Positions 25,016 through 38,329 of a DNA stretch of 64,000 bases are shown in pieces. This DNA comes from Tubiluchus corallicola (taxonomy: Eukaryota; Animalia; Priapulida): assembly GCA_030141605.1 (NCBI GenBank), contig JAQGDQ010000737.1, positions 40,409-104,408 on the forward strand, read 5' to 3'. The notes beneath the pieces were generated by a model. That model saw nothing but the letters and a program-made list of their open reading frames with translations. It searched no databases and was not told the DNA's origin. Both the position numbers and the translations under genes were made by a program. The stretch's first letter is position 1; each line of letters starts with the position of its first letter.

Positions 25016-25771
25016 TTTAGGATTTGTTGGAATTTTAATACAAAGAGGAACAGCAATCACATTTAACGAGAAGGTGATGATTCGTGAAAAAGTGTAAATA
25101 TATTGGCAGCTTGCTAGCTAGTTAGACACACCGAAGCCAACTTAGAACGAAGGAAAATTCTAACATTGGCTGCCTATGCAGGTCTTTTAATGGTTTTTGA
25201 AAACAATCTAATCTTTAGTTTATGTATTTACATCATAATACAAAATAGACTATAAATACAATAATTAATGAACAATTACAAAAAATATACCTGAAGGAAA
25301 ATGTCAGGTGTACCTAAGATTGTAAGTTTAGGAGTTTGGATATTTTCAGTTGAACCTGAGCTATAGACAATAAAATTTAAATAACAGAAACAACTGACGC
25401 TTTTTAAAGACAATTCTACAGAAAATATAAAGAACTAAATAGCCTGACAGACTATCCAATGATGACCTATATAATGTTGTGAAGAAGAATCCTTGGAGAA
25501 AAGAAATCTATGTAAAGGAGACTTCACTAGACTGATGAAGTACTAAGAGTGCCTCCAAGTCTCCTCTTCCTATAGTATTATTGAAAACTCTTGAAATGCA
25601 AAAAAACCAAGAAGGAAGTACCTACTGATGTATGTAATGCTAAAAGATTAGGCAAATACAATTGCGATGATGCATCGCAGGCAGTAGTGATAGGTAGGAT
25701 TGCTTAGCATCAATAAGTCAGGCAAGCCTTGTTTTAGAATGTATAAGCATGCAAACAACTACGATTATCCA

Positions 25772-26210
25772 TTTAATTTGCCCTATGTTTCTTCTGCAAG
25801 AGCGAAGATTTCCCATATCGGGTATTCAGCTAGCATGACAATTTTCCCTCTACAATTTAGCCTCTATAAACATGAGATACCCAGTTAATTTGTTCTACAT
25901 TTCTCCAGCAAGAGCGAAGATCTCCCATATCGGGTATTCAGCCAGCATGACAATTTTCCCTCTACAATTTAGCCTCTATAAGCGTGAGATATCCAGTTAA
26001 TTTGTTCTATATTTCTCCAGCAAGAGCGAAGATCTCCCATATTAGTATTCAGTTAGCATGACAATTTAGCCTCTATAGGTGTGAGATATCCAGTTAATTT
26101 GCCCTATGTTTCTTCTGCAAGAGCGAAGATCTCCCATATTAGGTATTCAGCGAGCATGACAATTTAGCCTCTATATGTGTGTTATATCTGGCTAATTTGC
26201 CCGGTATTTC
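25772..26210. repeat. ~112/97-bp tandem repeat, ~4 copies
   Basis: gcaagagcgaagatctcccatat... recurs at 25796, 25908, 26020 and 26117. Confidence 0.9.
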
Positions 26211-26605
26211 TCTGCTGTTGCTCTGCGTGCTATTAGAGTCGTGTCATTCCGCGCGGTAACTGTGCGAAGCCATCGTTTGTGCTTTAAAACTCAATGTTTA
26301 CTGTTTTAGGTTCAAGTCAGTTTCAACTGTAGCGATCATCGCTGCTGGTTTTTAAGTGTCTTAATTCAGACGACTCTTGTTTTCACCAGTGCCGAAGTTG
26401 AAGGCAGATTAAGCGCTCACTTAATATACCACTCTTTTAATTGATAATTGAGATGGAGCTTATTATTCTTTCGGAGAAATCAAACTAATTGATTATGTCC
26501 ACCATCGCTACGCTAAAGATAACTTACAGTTTGCTGTAGATCTATGACATAACATCTAATTTGACTACTATTTACGTGTAGGTCATAGATACAGGGCTCT
26601 CCAGG

Positions 26606-26747
26606 ATGGCTATTGGTGAACCTGCTAGACCAACACACCTGCCACTAAACATCCCTTCACAAAATGACTTGAATAATTCTTACAGCAAGAGAATACGTGA
26701 TTTCACCATTTATGGAATTATCCCATTACTCACACCTGTTCTGCTAG
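26606..26747 (+). CDS. CCDC127: CCDC127 homologue, first coding exon (N-terminal hydrophobic anchor)
   Basis: ATG GCT...CTGCTAG|gtgagt. MAIGEPARPTHLPLNIPSQNDLNNSYSKRIRDFTIYGIIPLLTPVLL; phase 1 joins the next exon in frame. Confidence 0.75.
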
Positions 26748-26977
26748 GTGAGTAAACTTGCATTCGATTAACTTTTTCTTTGTAATTATCACATATTTTG
26801 TCACCAGTTTAAAGTAATGGGAGTTATGGTGCAGGATTAGCTTTCATTGAGGGATGTATGTAAATTGTAAAGTGGCTAAAGTTTCTTTTTACGCATTTCT
26901 GTACAGTGATCTGTATCTCAGTTTCACCACAACCGCCAGAGTCGAGAAGCCTTGTTGTTAAATGCTGACCTCCAGCT

Positions 26978-27441
26978 TAAAGCAAAACCAGACCCAATTT
27001 TGAACGTCAAAACAATCTATTCTTTAAAATATCGACAGCGAACATACTATTTTTTCAAAAATCACTTGCGTAAAACAATTATTACACACAAGCGCAATCC
27101 GCGTTCTCGCCATTAGTTCTTTGCTGTTACATGCATTTCATCATTGCTGGTTAGATAGGCACTAGCATTTGCACTTCAGAACATTGCACAAAAATAGGTG
27201 CTGCACCTGTCAGTTCAGATGTATTAATTTGTGATGTACTGCACACGTTCGACAGCTCAAGCGGTAGCACAGCAGTGAATTTGAAATTTGAATTTTTTTC
27301 TTAAAACTTGCCTACTTTTAGTACAACAGAATGAATATCTTAGAGTAGTACTGTGCTTCAATTTTCGCTTTTACAAACATGTGCAAACCGCTTCTTGGAA
27401 TATTTTTGTTGTTGAAGAAAAATCATCCTGTTGTCCTTTAA
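26978..27441. mobile_element. TTAA-flanked (Kolobok-like) non-autonomous element
   Basis: TTAAAGCAAAACCAGACC ... TCCTGTTGTCCTTTAA. Related copies at 45227-45851, ~54510-55110 and 59539-60149. Confidence 0.7.
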
Positions 27442-27604
27442 CTATATGAAAATATTACCAATGATGTGCCGTAGCTACTGCTTGTGGCCCTGGGGCTGCA
27501 TTTGCGTTTGGCACTGCCCCCCCCCTTACCGATGAGAACTACAATGTAGCAGCATTTTTGTGAAAATATGGCAGTGTTGCGTTGCAGCTGCAAGAAGTTG
27601 TGGG

Positions 27605-27865
27605 CAGGGCCTATTTCAGCCTAAGCGAGGCCTGGGGAAGTGGGGCACGTGAGCCCCCTCGGGGGGAGGGGGCGCCACCATGGTTTGCGGGCAGAAAATT
27701 TTTGAACTGCTAGAATGCCAGAGAAGCATTTTCGAAGAGAAAATATGGAGTTATACAGTATGTTCGCATAAAGCAAAAAAATAATGTTATCCCTCGGCGC
27801 GAGGCCCCCCTGGAGGGTGAGGCCCTGGGGAAGTATCCCAACTTCCCCCCTTGAAATAGGCCCTG
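27605..27865. mobile_element. hAT-like MITE
   Basis: TIR CAGGGCCTATTTCA / TGAAATAGGCCCTG with perfect 8-bp TSD GTTGTGGG. Confidence 0.9.
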
Positions 27866-28331
27866 GTTGTGGGGATATGTTGAAAATTATTAAAATCTCT
27901 CTGCATTTTTCAAAAGCTATGATATTCAGAGGCTTCTTCAAATGTTAACGCAGGAAAGAACTTGATTATAAATCTGCTACACAAATGACTCTTGAAGACG
28001 GAGCTGCGTAGAAATCTTGAAAACAAAGTAAAATTATGGAAACTATCAACTTACTAATTATCATCTTTGCAAATTTCTACAGGAAGCGACGTGGATAATT
28101 CAGTTGTTGGCTGATGTTGATAACTTATGGCGTTTTGCTAAAACCTACAAATTTTGCACAGAAATTTGATTTTTGTTGGCTTCTTAGATCGTTAATGGTG
28201 TAAATGGTTTTTCGATGAAGGAAATAGTGTGAATAAATTGTATTGAAATCTCTTATGTAAATGCAAACACAAATGTTATAATTCATGTTTTTGTGCGGAG
28301 CGTTTAATACCAAAGCAAATTTTTTGCTTAG

Positions 28332-28493
28332 CTTACTTAAAGCGGATGTGCAACAAAGAGAAGAGTGAACTGAGGGAAAAGCATCAGCTTGAAATATCAA
28401 GGTTGTGCAAGGAACACGAGTTGAAGATTCAGTTGATCTGCGAACGGCATAGCAAAGAGGTGGAAAGGGCTGCAAGGGATGACAGTTCAAAAG
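28332..28493 (+). CDS. CCDC127: CCDC127 homologue exon 2 (coiled coil)
   Basis: tttttgcttag|CT...TCAAAAG|gtgagg. AYLKRMCNKEKSELREKHQLEISRLCKEHELKIQ...; phase 1/1. Confidence 0.78.
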
Positions 28494-28667
28494 GTGAGGC
28501 TGACGTAATCATCTGTGAGAGGCAGGTACTAATTAATGGAAGCTGTCATGCATCTCTTATGAGTCTTCTTATTATTTTTAGGTTCTTAGAATAGATATGA
28601 GAATGAGCAATTTAAAGGCCTATATAACCCCGACAGATTTTGAAGTTTTTTGATGCATTGTTATGAT

Positions 28668-29015
28668 TAGAGCTGAGCATTATCTACCAGAAAGCAAATT
28701 CGAATCGAATTTGTCACTTTCCAATTCGAATCCAATCTAATTTCAGTATTTCGAATTCGAACATTGTTAGAAAGATTTTCAAACAAGTTTTCGGACCACC
28801 AGTAAAAAATAATCTTACAGAGTTTATTCTTATTATTCAATTTTGTTTTGCAGTGAAATCACTAATAATTTATTTAAAAATTGTACACAGAAATCACAGC
28901 TAAATTGTGCTAACTGCATAAAGTTTCAAGCTTTTTAATGATAAGGAATGTATATGGTTAAACTGCTGAAAAAAACTCGTTCGAATCGAATTCAAATGTT
29001 CGATGCTCACCCCTA
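28668..29015. mobile_element. hAT-like MITE rich in TTCGAA motifs (partial second copy 29355-29600)
   Basis: TAGAGCTGAGCAT ... ATGCTCACCCCTA; imperfect 8-bp flanks gttatgat/attctgat. Confidence 0.62.
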
Positions 29016-30101
29016 ATTCTGATGATATAAAAAATCTTTTCCTTTTGAATTGCGAATGCGTGTATTGCCATAAAGATCACGATAATGGCGTACGAGGTAC
29101 AGAAAGCGTCTTTGGTTAGCAATGTTTGTTTACTCTAGTCTTTAATGACCTGGCGACTGTACTCATAATGTCATTCGTTTCGCGCAATGAAAGATGGCGG
29201 TTAATCAAGTTTAATACCGCTAACATAAAATATCAATGGAAACAAGTTTTACAGTAAGTTTATAGTAAAATAAATCAAATATTCATAATTAGAATAGTTT
29301 TTAAGTTGTAAAAGCTTATATTATAATGAGGGTATAGCTTGACTTAAGCATTAGTAGGGGTGAGCATTTTCTATCACAAAATAAATTCGAATTGAATCGA
29401 ATTTTTCACTTTCGAAAACGATTCGAAACAAATTTCAAGATTTCGAATCCGAATCAAATTCGAACTCAGTTTTAAAGTTTTTGTAACATATTTTGGTATC
29501 TGCGATAAAAAGCAGTCTTGCAAACATATTGCTTGATAACACTAGTATTTGTTTAAAAATTGTGCACAGAAATCACAGGTATGTTGTACTGACTGTGGAG
29601 ATACCACGGCTACATTTATTATAAAAGCAAACTGTTGTGTTTTGTTTCTCTCGGAAGGCTCGTAGAGAAAACCAGGAAACGTGCCGTTAAATGTTATTAC
29701 TTTATTGAGCGAGAATTCTTACAACACAAGTATGAAGGAACGAGAAATGATTATACTACACGTGAAAATCTGGAAAACGTTTAAATAAGTATAAATGCGT
29801 AAGTATAAGTCTGTGTTAGATCTGTGTGCGATGTGCGATCCCGTGTCGGCAGCCTGCTTCGCCTTATATAGCGCATTACAGAAACTTGTCGAACAAATGT
29901 TCGAGAACAATCCAGACAGTAAGGCGCTCATTCTGACGGAACATTCTACGATGTTCTATGCAATTCTACTTGACGTCAGCGATCTCCACAACACAAACAC
30001 ATTCCCGAAACTCTGCTTTTGACATTGTGCGGGACAGGTGTATCGCAAATCAGAAAAATGTCAAAGTTTTTGCACGTTTTAAATTTGCAATGCAATTTCA
30101 G

Positions 30102-30469
30102 GTAAAGAGATTCTACTAAAGAAACTGACAGAAATTGAGAGCGACGAGGATAAACAGAAACAAAATGCTCTTCAGCAGCTGAAAATGTACGAGGAAGATA
30201 TAAAAACTATATTAGATATCAAATGCAGTGCTTTTAAACCCAGGCAGAATCGGATTAACGTACAAAATGCGTTGATTCAAGATTCTTTCAAGGAACCGTT
30301 GTACGGTTTGAAAATGTTTGAAGGACTGAATGATGTTTTTGAAAATGATACTTGTGGAAATGATAGAAATAGTAATGGAAGGTTATACCGCGTGTATATG
30401 CGATACTGGCGTTCACAAGTAGAGTTAAATAAATACAAAACAATCTTAGATAAATTTAAATCGTTATAA
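30102..30469 (+). CDS. CCDC127: CCDC127 homologue last exon
   Basis: tttcag|GT...TAA. CSAFKPRQNR...GLNDVFENDTCG...NGRLYRVYMRYWRSQVELNKYK matches recalled CCDC127 'CSLFLPRSKR...GLTDIFQHDTYCG...NGRLMWLYLKYWELVVELKKFK'. Joined CDS is 672 nt (223 aa). Confidence 0.87.
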
Positions 30470-30510
30470 TGTCCGTGTTATTGCATGGAAATATTGCAAG
30501 AGTGTAGATA

Positions 30511-31070
30511 CAGTAAGTTCTCGCTTAACGACGCTAATGCGTTCCAGCTAAATGTGACGTTAAGCAGAATCAGAACCAAACGAAAGCAAAACTTTCATAG
30601 AAAGTAATGTAAAAGAATTGAGATACGTTTCAGAGGCTTAAATCATATAAATTAAGCATTTCATGAGTTTATTTATGGTTTTTACTGATTAATTTCTTTC
30701 TGCTTGCTCGAGACCAAGTATCTTTCAGCCAGCCATTAAACAAAGCCAAGCACTGCATGAGGCTACTTTGGAAGTTCTGATACCAGAGCACGGTATCATT
30801 TACTATGTAGTCGGGTTGCTATAGGGAAGGTTGCGGGTAGAATTCCTTCGCATAAAGTTTGTTCACAGGTCTCGCTTGATAGAGGTGGCAGCTAGTATAG
30901 TAGTCAGTCGAGAAGCAAAAACATGTATAATAATTGCACTGTTTACGTTACTAATCCACTTTTAAAACAGAATAAGGAAATACGTGCCATTTTAATGCTT
31001 CATATGTTCAGCGTTGTTAAAATGAAACATCACTAATGCTAAGCAGCAGCCGTTAAGCGAAGACTTACTG
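30511..31070. mobile_element. Tigger/pogo-like MITE immediately 3' of the CCDC127 stop
   Basis: TA|CAGTAAGTTCTCGCTTAACG ... CGTTAAGCGAAGACTTACTG|TA. Confidence 0.85.
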
Positions 31071-32264
31071 TACTGATGATACGTTACAGCTGTTAAATAT
31101 AAGCTTCTGTGATACAAATGGTAGTTAGTTTAGGCTAGTATTATAATAGTTGTTATGATGCTGTGCAATTATTATATATTAATTTCTAGACAGTCAGAAA
31201 TAGTAAGGTTCCTTTTATCGATTCCCAGAAAATAATGCTTTTTACGATCGCCATTCTGTTACCAAACAAGGATGTGCAATTGTTTTTTGCTGTTTGTATG
31301 TTTCATGTAGTTAAGGATCATGTAAAGTAAATATTGTGAACCATGTTAATTTTTTGGCAAAAGTAAGAAACATTCTATAATTTTGCCTAAAACACATATA
31401 GGTATTGATAGTTCTGTTACCACTACTATTTACAAATAAATTGTGTTGCATCAAGATTATAATGAGTAAATTTGTGCAGTAACAACAGTTACTGTTATCT
31501 AAAGTGTTTTGTGCCTCAAGATATTTTTTTGAATAGTTTTAATTATTAATTACTATTGCTCTTTATACTTTTTTAATTTAGTGTCTGTGACAATTTATTT
31601 ATTTTAGCTTCTTAAATTTATACTCTACGCAAATGCATTATGACAGTAAAATCGTGATTTGTGCCAAGTTGAACTGTTAATGTTCTCTACTCAGTTTCAA
31701 TACAGCGTTTCATTATGGTTGCTGGTACTTACACACATTAGTTCCGACATGAATTGTAATTCTTTTTTTGTATGTGAAAAATCACATAGGAAGGAAAAAA
31801 ATAAATGTCTTTTTGCTGGTGATCTTAGCTAAAATTGCCTTGTTGACCTTCGGTGATGGAGGGAGTTCATTGTACAAGTAAGTTGACCTGCAATAGGTCT
31901 AAATATGTCATAATATTAGGGTAGTTTGTGTTATATAATACAGGAAACAGGATAATAATTTTGCAAAACAATACAATTTTAAGCAGTATTGCACTCTGCA
32001 CCTTTTATGTTCTTAAGCTAGGGTTTTTGTATCAAGCCATCAGTTATCTTTAATTTTAAACATTTTGTATCCAAATCTACAAGTACTCTGACACAAAATT
32101 TCGGGCTTAAAGCAATGAGTTGCACTGCTTAAAAGTACTTATGCTAAAAGTGTTAAATCCTACTTTTTCCTTGCTATGTGCCATATGCCTATAGTTCATC
32201 GCCAAAATTAGCAGACGCTGTTTAATGTGTTCAATTCGTGGCTTACCCTTTAAATCATTTGAAA

Positions 32265-32485
32265 CTTTCACTTCCGGAACAAAAGTTTCGAAGATTGCCC
32301 ATGTTTGATAATTAAAGTTTTGCTGTTTTCAGTCTTTGCAATTTTTCGTTGATTTTGGAAAAATAGACCTTATTTATTAGGACCCAAATGAAATTTTTAC
32401 TCACAGGATGGGAGAGAAATGTATATGCTCACACGTACCTTACTGCTTTTTCACGGTTGCTCGATTAGGATAGTTACCTGGAAAG
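32265..32485 (+). promoter_or_regulatory. Candidate TRAPPC9 promoter and non-coding first exon
   Basis: ETS-like CACTTCCGGAA at ~32270 and donor-like GGAAAG|gtagat at 32485. The first coding exon begins at an acceptor (34203), so an upstream exon must exist. Location is inferred. Confidence 0.35.
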
Positions 32486-33241
32486 GTAGATCAAATTTAG
32501 TTTATTTCATCAGCAAAGTAGAGGTCAGTATTACAAATACATGTACAAACTGTCAATGTATAATAGAAAAAATAAAGTAAATTTAGTGAACATGAACGTA
32601 GAATTCTGATTTACAAAACGTTATGTAAAATAAAAATACGATGTCTAAACTGCTTTTTTAACTAATTTGTGACTTAATTAAGTAGGCCTACTTAGTAACT
32701 TAGTTGCGTTCACATTTAGGTTTTTTATGATGGCGATTATTGTATATATCATTTCGTACATTAATTCAAGAGTTAAATGACACTGGGTGGGAATTGCCAT
32801 TCGGCACACATGAAAATTAAAAACTCACTAATAAAATATTTACAATAAAAAAAATTTCAGTCTATAAAAATATCTAAATACGGATTGATTACATACTTCA
32901 AATCTGACTTTAAATTTTTGGTTTGTGGTTTGTTCTTCAACTTAATGTTCTGAGCACAAAGTTCTAACTGGGCTGTTATATTTTGTATGATTTCTTTAGT
33001 AAGCGCTATACTTTTTATCTTCAAATTTCACATGTATTCTGACGTCTTTTGATGAGAACATGTTTTTCCGTTTATATATTTTGGTTATAAGTTTTAACAC
33101 ATTCATTTTCTGCATTACTGCATCTTTCCATTTTTTTTGGATTCCATATTAAATAGATAGAGCTATCCATGCATTTTCTGTAGTTTTGACTAACCTGCAA
33201 CTCCCCATTTTTTGACAAATTCATTCTTATTCTCTGCAGTG

Positions 33242-33884
33242 CAGTGTTCCCTCACTTATCTAGGGTGTTCCATTCCAGGCCCACTTGCGATAAGGGAATT
33301 TCCGGGAAGTTCCCTCGCTATACTTATTTTAGTAGTTATACATTATTTTAAGTCTTTATAACTACGCACACGTGACAGTCGGATGCTAACATGAAATGGA
33401 ACAGCTGAGAGGGGGTAGGTGCACACAGCGAACGGAAACAAATTGCACGGTACCTGAGCCAATCAGCAACTGGGATACAGAGCAGCATTCTCTGGGGTGC
33501 AAGTACTAAGTTTCGTTTCTGGTGTGTATTCATCCGCGAATAAATACACTATTTACTGTAAATGGTAATTTTTTATGATTTATAATATTCTTTTAATGTT
33601 AGAATTAATATTTTTAATATATTTTTATGCATTTTGTGATTTTTTTATGAAAAATTCATCAAATCTATACATTACTGTGCAATACGTATTACGCATGTGC
33701 AAAATTCTTTAGACAAAGTACCGCGAAACAGCGAAAATACCGCGATAAATATTTTACATTAATATTTTTGAAAACCCGCAAAACAGCGAAAATACCGCGA
33801 TAAAAATTTTACGTTATTATTTTTGAAAACCCGCGAAACAGCGAGTCCGCGATAAACGAACCGCGAAGTAGCGAGGGAACACTG
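33242..33884. mobile_element. Tc1/pogo-like MITE (TIR CAGTGTTCCCTC)
   Basis: TIRs at both ends; inverted near-identical copy at 49465-50123. Confidence 0.87.
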
Positions 33885-34235
33885 TATAGAATACATTCGC
33901 TTACTTTCTTGTCTAGTTTCGGTCTGGAAGTCTTGAACAATATACTTCTGAAAGTATTTTTCAACGCACTTGAAGTTTGGGGTCACGTGATTAAGTAGAA
34001 ACCCAAAGAAAAACGACTATTGGTGATGGTATTAGAAAGTATGATTAGGGGTGTAAGAAGGAAACATATTACTTTCGTTCACTATTGGACACAAATCTAC
34101 TACATATTATTGTATACAAAAGTTTTATCTACTGGATCAAATAGTCTAGATTAGGAAATGATTAATTACATCTTCCCATACTGTGACATTTTTACGTTTT
34201 CAGGTCTATAATGGTTAGCTAATAATTATGCCAGC

Positions 34236-34963
34236 ATGAGCACTCCAGATTACACACAGAGCGCAGAAGACCATCAGAACATTTTAGTTGTCGTACGCCT
34301 TGTTGGTACCCAGTTAAAATCAAAAGTTTTTCATCGACTCTTCGACAGGATTTCTCGCATTCAGTATGTACGTATTCCCGGACAACGAGATATCTGGCTT
34401 AGGTACAAGAAATCGTATTGCAGTGCGAACAACGAGTGGGGCGAATTTCAGGCACATCGTAAAGCTATGGGTCTTTTGTGCTTGGGAAAGATATCAACAA
34501 GTGAAGACATAGAAGGATTATCAAAGGATTACGATGAAAAGAAAAACTATTACGCTTCTACTCTTTTCGATTCACGTTGTCTATTATTTGGCAGTAGTGA
34601 TAGAGATTCGTCTTTCGACGATCAAGACTGCTTCATCGACGGCAATCCAAACGGCTGCGATGAACCATGTTCACCAACTGCTGATATTTTTGCAGAAAGA
34701 CTAGAAGTGAAGACAGTTACAGGAAGATGTGAAAAGTCGAAGGAAGAACGAGCAAAAATGGATTTGAGGAGCGGTGTGATCGTGTACCCGAGTCTGGAAC
34801 ATTCTACTCAGCTTGAAGATCACGTGAAAGAGTTCGCGTCTTCTCTCTTCTGGGTGCTGGAGTCAAAAAGATTGGACAGGTCGTACGATAAAGCAGAAAA
34901 GCTGCCGCTGCTTGCTGCTCCTTTTGAACGAGCGGAAGGAATCCCCGTTGATTCAGAAGGACG
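34236..34963 (+). CDS. TRAPPC9: TRAPPC9 (NIBP/Trs120) first coding exon
   Basis: MSTPDYTQSAEDHQNILVVV...NNEWGEFQAHRK...STLFDSR...SLFWVLESKRLD; donor GGACG|gtaggt. Confidence 0.96.
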
Positions 34964-35720
34964 GTAGGTATCTGTGTCAGCAACATGAGTCGTGCAAAAT
35001 CCTAAAACAGAACTCTCTGAAACCAGATGAAAATATAGATTTAGGCCGGGGACACATAAATTTTAATTTTGCAGTTATAGAGTATTTTTATGTTAAGTTT
35101 TTGCACATGGTTTACAATTAGGGTTGCCACCCTGCCAAAAACTGAAATGAGGAGTCTAGATCCCCTCCGTCTTTTGGGACCTGGAAGCATTTTATGAGGC
35201 TTTTTTTAGAAAGAAATTAAGAAAATTACATGGAAAATAGTTCAAATTTCTTGAATTTCGACTCCAAAAAAGCGTTAAAAGCCTAAAACTTACAAAAGTA
35301 CGAGCAGTGTATATCAATTTTTGGAGTTCCCAGTCCCAATGCAATGAGATTTGTGGAGAATGTTAATGTTGTGTTTATTAAAGCTAAACAGGAAGAATGC
35401 TTGCATTGGAGTTGGCGAGAAATGTAGATGGCGTTATGAAGAAGCCATGTAACTGGTTTAACTTAATTTAATAAGTTTACTATTTTACTTAAGACTGATT
35501 TGCTGTTTTTAGCTTAGCTCTTAACGTTCAATGGCATACAAGATGTATTTCCATGTTTTTTTCACATGAATTTCAATGCAATGGTCGAAATTCAGAATTT
35601 TTTTAGGAAGTATGGTTGTATGGCTGAATTTCAGGAAACGCCAGGCCAAATCAGCAGTGGGGAAAACCAGTGGTGGCTAAGTGGCGTGTTTACAGCTTAC
35701 ATCAAATGCTTTTGTTCCAG

Positions 35721-35866
35721 AACTTTCAAAAAACGATGTCAGGGAAGACTACGCAAACAAATGGGAGATCTAAACTTGTTAGCTGGATACCCTGGTGAAG
35801 CTCTTGTGCATTATAACAGTGCAATTGAGAATCTAAAGTCAGTAAATGATTGGCTTTGGCTGGGAG
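35721..35866 (+). CDS. TRAPPC9: TRAPPC9 exon
   Basis: [22 protein letters not shown]...[11 protein letters not shown]; canonical ag/gt. Confidence 0.95.
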
Positions 35867-36981
35867 GTATGTGTGTTTGTACTTAGTTTCAAATTTGTTG
35901 TTATTTGTTGTTATGGTTACAAAGCATGCTTCATATCAGGGCTTCTATGGGGTTTCATTGTTTTTTTTAATTAAACTTTCCTCAACCCCTAACTTTCTTT
36001 GTTATCTTTGTTTAAAAATAAGCAAAAGAGCATTTTGAAAGAGTTTATTGATATTTGCTGTTGCTGTTGCAGTTGCAGTCATCGAACTTCATAAATTTCT
36101 AGTCAATAGTTATTGTCCTGTAAAGTTGAGCTCTATTCACATACCTAGTTCTTGTTTTGCTGCTATTTATTACAGGAAAGAATAAGTCACTCAGTGTGTT
36201 GGGTTTATTTTACTGTTATCACTTAAACTTAGAAAAATATAACAAAGAAATTTCCAAAGAACTGCCTGTAAAGCCTAGATTTAAAATGTATCACCGCTGA
36301 ATAGAATTTTTTCAGACGCGTGGTAGTTACCGCCATTTCTTTGAAAATCGTGAGGTAACTGGGAGACTTTGTGACTTTTCGTAAGCGCGTCGTGGCTTTC
36401 CATAAGTGCCCCCTGCTTAAACTAATTCAAACTTCTGCAGCTCATCTAATTTTTGTACAGAAATATTACAAAATTAGCTATCTAATTTTTTTGTAAAAAT
36501 TATTATGGTTTTGGCGAAGATTGACAGTGCGCTACTTTTCTTCAAGACAAATGATGCCATTGGAAGAAGCATGGGTATTGAAAATGGAAGCGTCCAAGCA
36601 TGAAGTGATTTTACTAATTAAACAAGGCTCTTATTGCAATTTTATTAATAAATTCTAACGTTTTTCGCAATCATTGAAACAAGCCTAACTTCTCCAATAG
36701 CTTGGCCTTCTCTTTAAGCTTTGCTCTATTGTCTTAGAAAAGAGGGATGCGGTGGATTAGACTTGTTGTCAGTCAGTGTTTGAGAATGCATGATCAGACA
36801 TGCTAAGTAATTCTGACATTTCTGTTTGTCAACGTTTGTGAACGAAATTTGCTGTGTAACTCTAGCTTTGCAAGAAATTGATCCAATATGATGAAAACAT
36901 TTCCAGTTGTATACAATCACATTTCTTTATCGTTTTCGCTGTACTTCTCAGAATTCATTGTGGTAAATGCATCTATTGCAG

Positions 36982-37125
36982 CTGCCGCAGAGGGTCTTTG
37001 TGCCGCATCGGCTGTTATCCTGTATCCAGAGTCAAAGAACATCGGTCACTTAACAAGAAACTCATCATTTGGTGGAAGTGCCGATTTGCTCAACACTTTA
37101 CATACAGCACCTCGGCATCGGACAG
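36982..37125 (+). CDS. TRAPPC9: TRAPPC9 exon
   Basis: AAAEGLCAASAVILYP...APRHRT; ttgcag|CT...ACAG|gtaaat. Confidence 0.9.
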
Positions 37126-37874
37126 GTAAATAAATGAGAAATATCATTTAATTTCTCTACAGGGGTGTATTAACCAATATGCTAACTAGTTTATAACCTA
37201 GGGGCGTCATAAAATTTTTATTCTCTTCGTGAAATGTGTATACTTTCATATTTGTGTAAAGGGCACGTTTTATAACACACCACAGGTAATACTGAGCTCA
37301 GTTTTATATAAGTGTTGTATAATGTGGCCCAAGGTATTGCACAAGTTTGCAAGCTGTTGTTTACTATGCAAATACTTGTAATTACTAATGACCACGTAGA
37401 AATTAGGTTAATTGTGTTTCTAATACACCACAAGTAATTGTTTAATCTGCTCATTACATAAACAGCCTTAATACACAATGGAGATGGGCGGGATGGAACT
37501 ATTAGTCTGGAGTGTCGTAAAGTGTTGATGTGCCCCTGTTTCTGTTGTATCTTAAAGCTGGTACATCTAGTAATTATCAGTGTTTTTGTGCTAACATATT
37601 CTGTGCTGCCTTGAGTTTTAGAGCAGAAGAAAATGCTCTTCATAAGTCTAACCTTTTGTATCACTTAGTGCTGTCTTGTTGTGTGCAGAGCTTGCGTTAG
37701 CAGCAACGCTGTAGAAAACTTATGAATTTAAACTTCCGTGATGACTGTTAGGCACAGCATAACACTGTGTAAAGTTTGAAAAAATAATCTGAGCATTCGT
37801 GACACACAGTCTTCAATAACTAAGCAATAGTATAAGTCACTTTATCTTGTCATTTGAGGTCAGTGTTTTTTTTT

Positions 37875-38090
37875 TGGTGAATCAGTGGTGCACACTGGGA
37901 TGCTGATGCAGTGCTGCTGGTGAATCAGCAGTGCACACTGGAATGGTGATGCAGTGGTATTGGTGAACCAGTGATGCACACTGGGATGTCGATTGAGTGG
38001 TATTGGTGAATCAGTGGTGCACACTGGGATGTCGATGCAGTGGTGTTGGTGAACCAGTGGTGCACACTGGGATGTCGATGCAGTGGTGTT
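37875..38090. repeat. 43-bp minisatellite, ~5 copies
   Basis: Unit ggtgaatcagtggtgcacactgggatgtcgatgcagtggtatt. Confidence 0.9.
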
Positions 38091-38302
38091 TTACCAGACG
38101 AACATTTTATCTTATTAAGACTTTTCTTTTCCAATTGCGTAAGTCTTTCAAACAACTATGGCGTAATCCCAAGTAATATAACTTTGTTTGCAAGGTTTTT
38201 TGTGTATTGTTTAAAATTCGCTTTTCCTTTGATTTAAGACTATTTACAGAGTTGTTTTGTTGTTTAACTTAACAATATTTGAGTTCTTATACATATTCGC
38301 AG

Positions 38303-38329
38303 GTGTTAGAAAACAGAGTAAAAAGCCAG
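38303..38329 (+). CDS. TRAPPC9: TRAPPC9 27-nt microexon (GVRKQSKKP)
   Basis: ttcgcag|GTGTTAGAAAACAGAGTAAAAAGCCAG|gtaatt. Symmetric phase 1/1, no stop; same position and size as the recalled vertebrate GAQEVLIDP exon. Confidence 0.75.

Noticed and set aside
28494-28525. Extension of CCDC127 exon 2 to the donor at 28526
   Set aside because: A phase 0 join to 30102 gives GTA AAG AGA TTC TAC TAA, a stop; only the 28493 donor keeps the conserved C-terminus.
29719-30022. Short intronic ORFs on both strands
   Set aside because: No recognisable domain and not needed for the in-frame CCDC127 model.
32700-33240. Penelope-like retroelement fragment on the minus strand
   Set aside because: Only a weak motif impression; too degenerate to support without a search.
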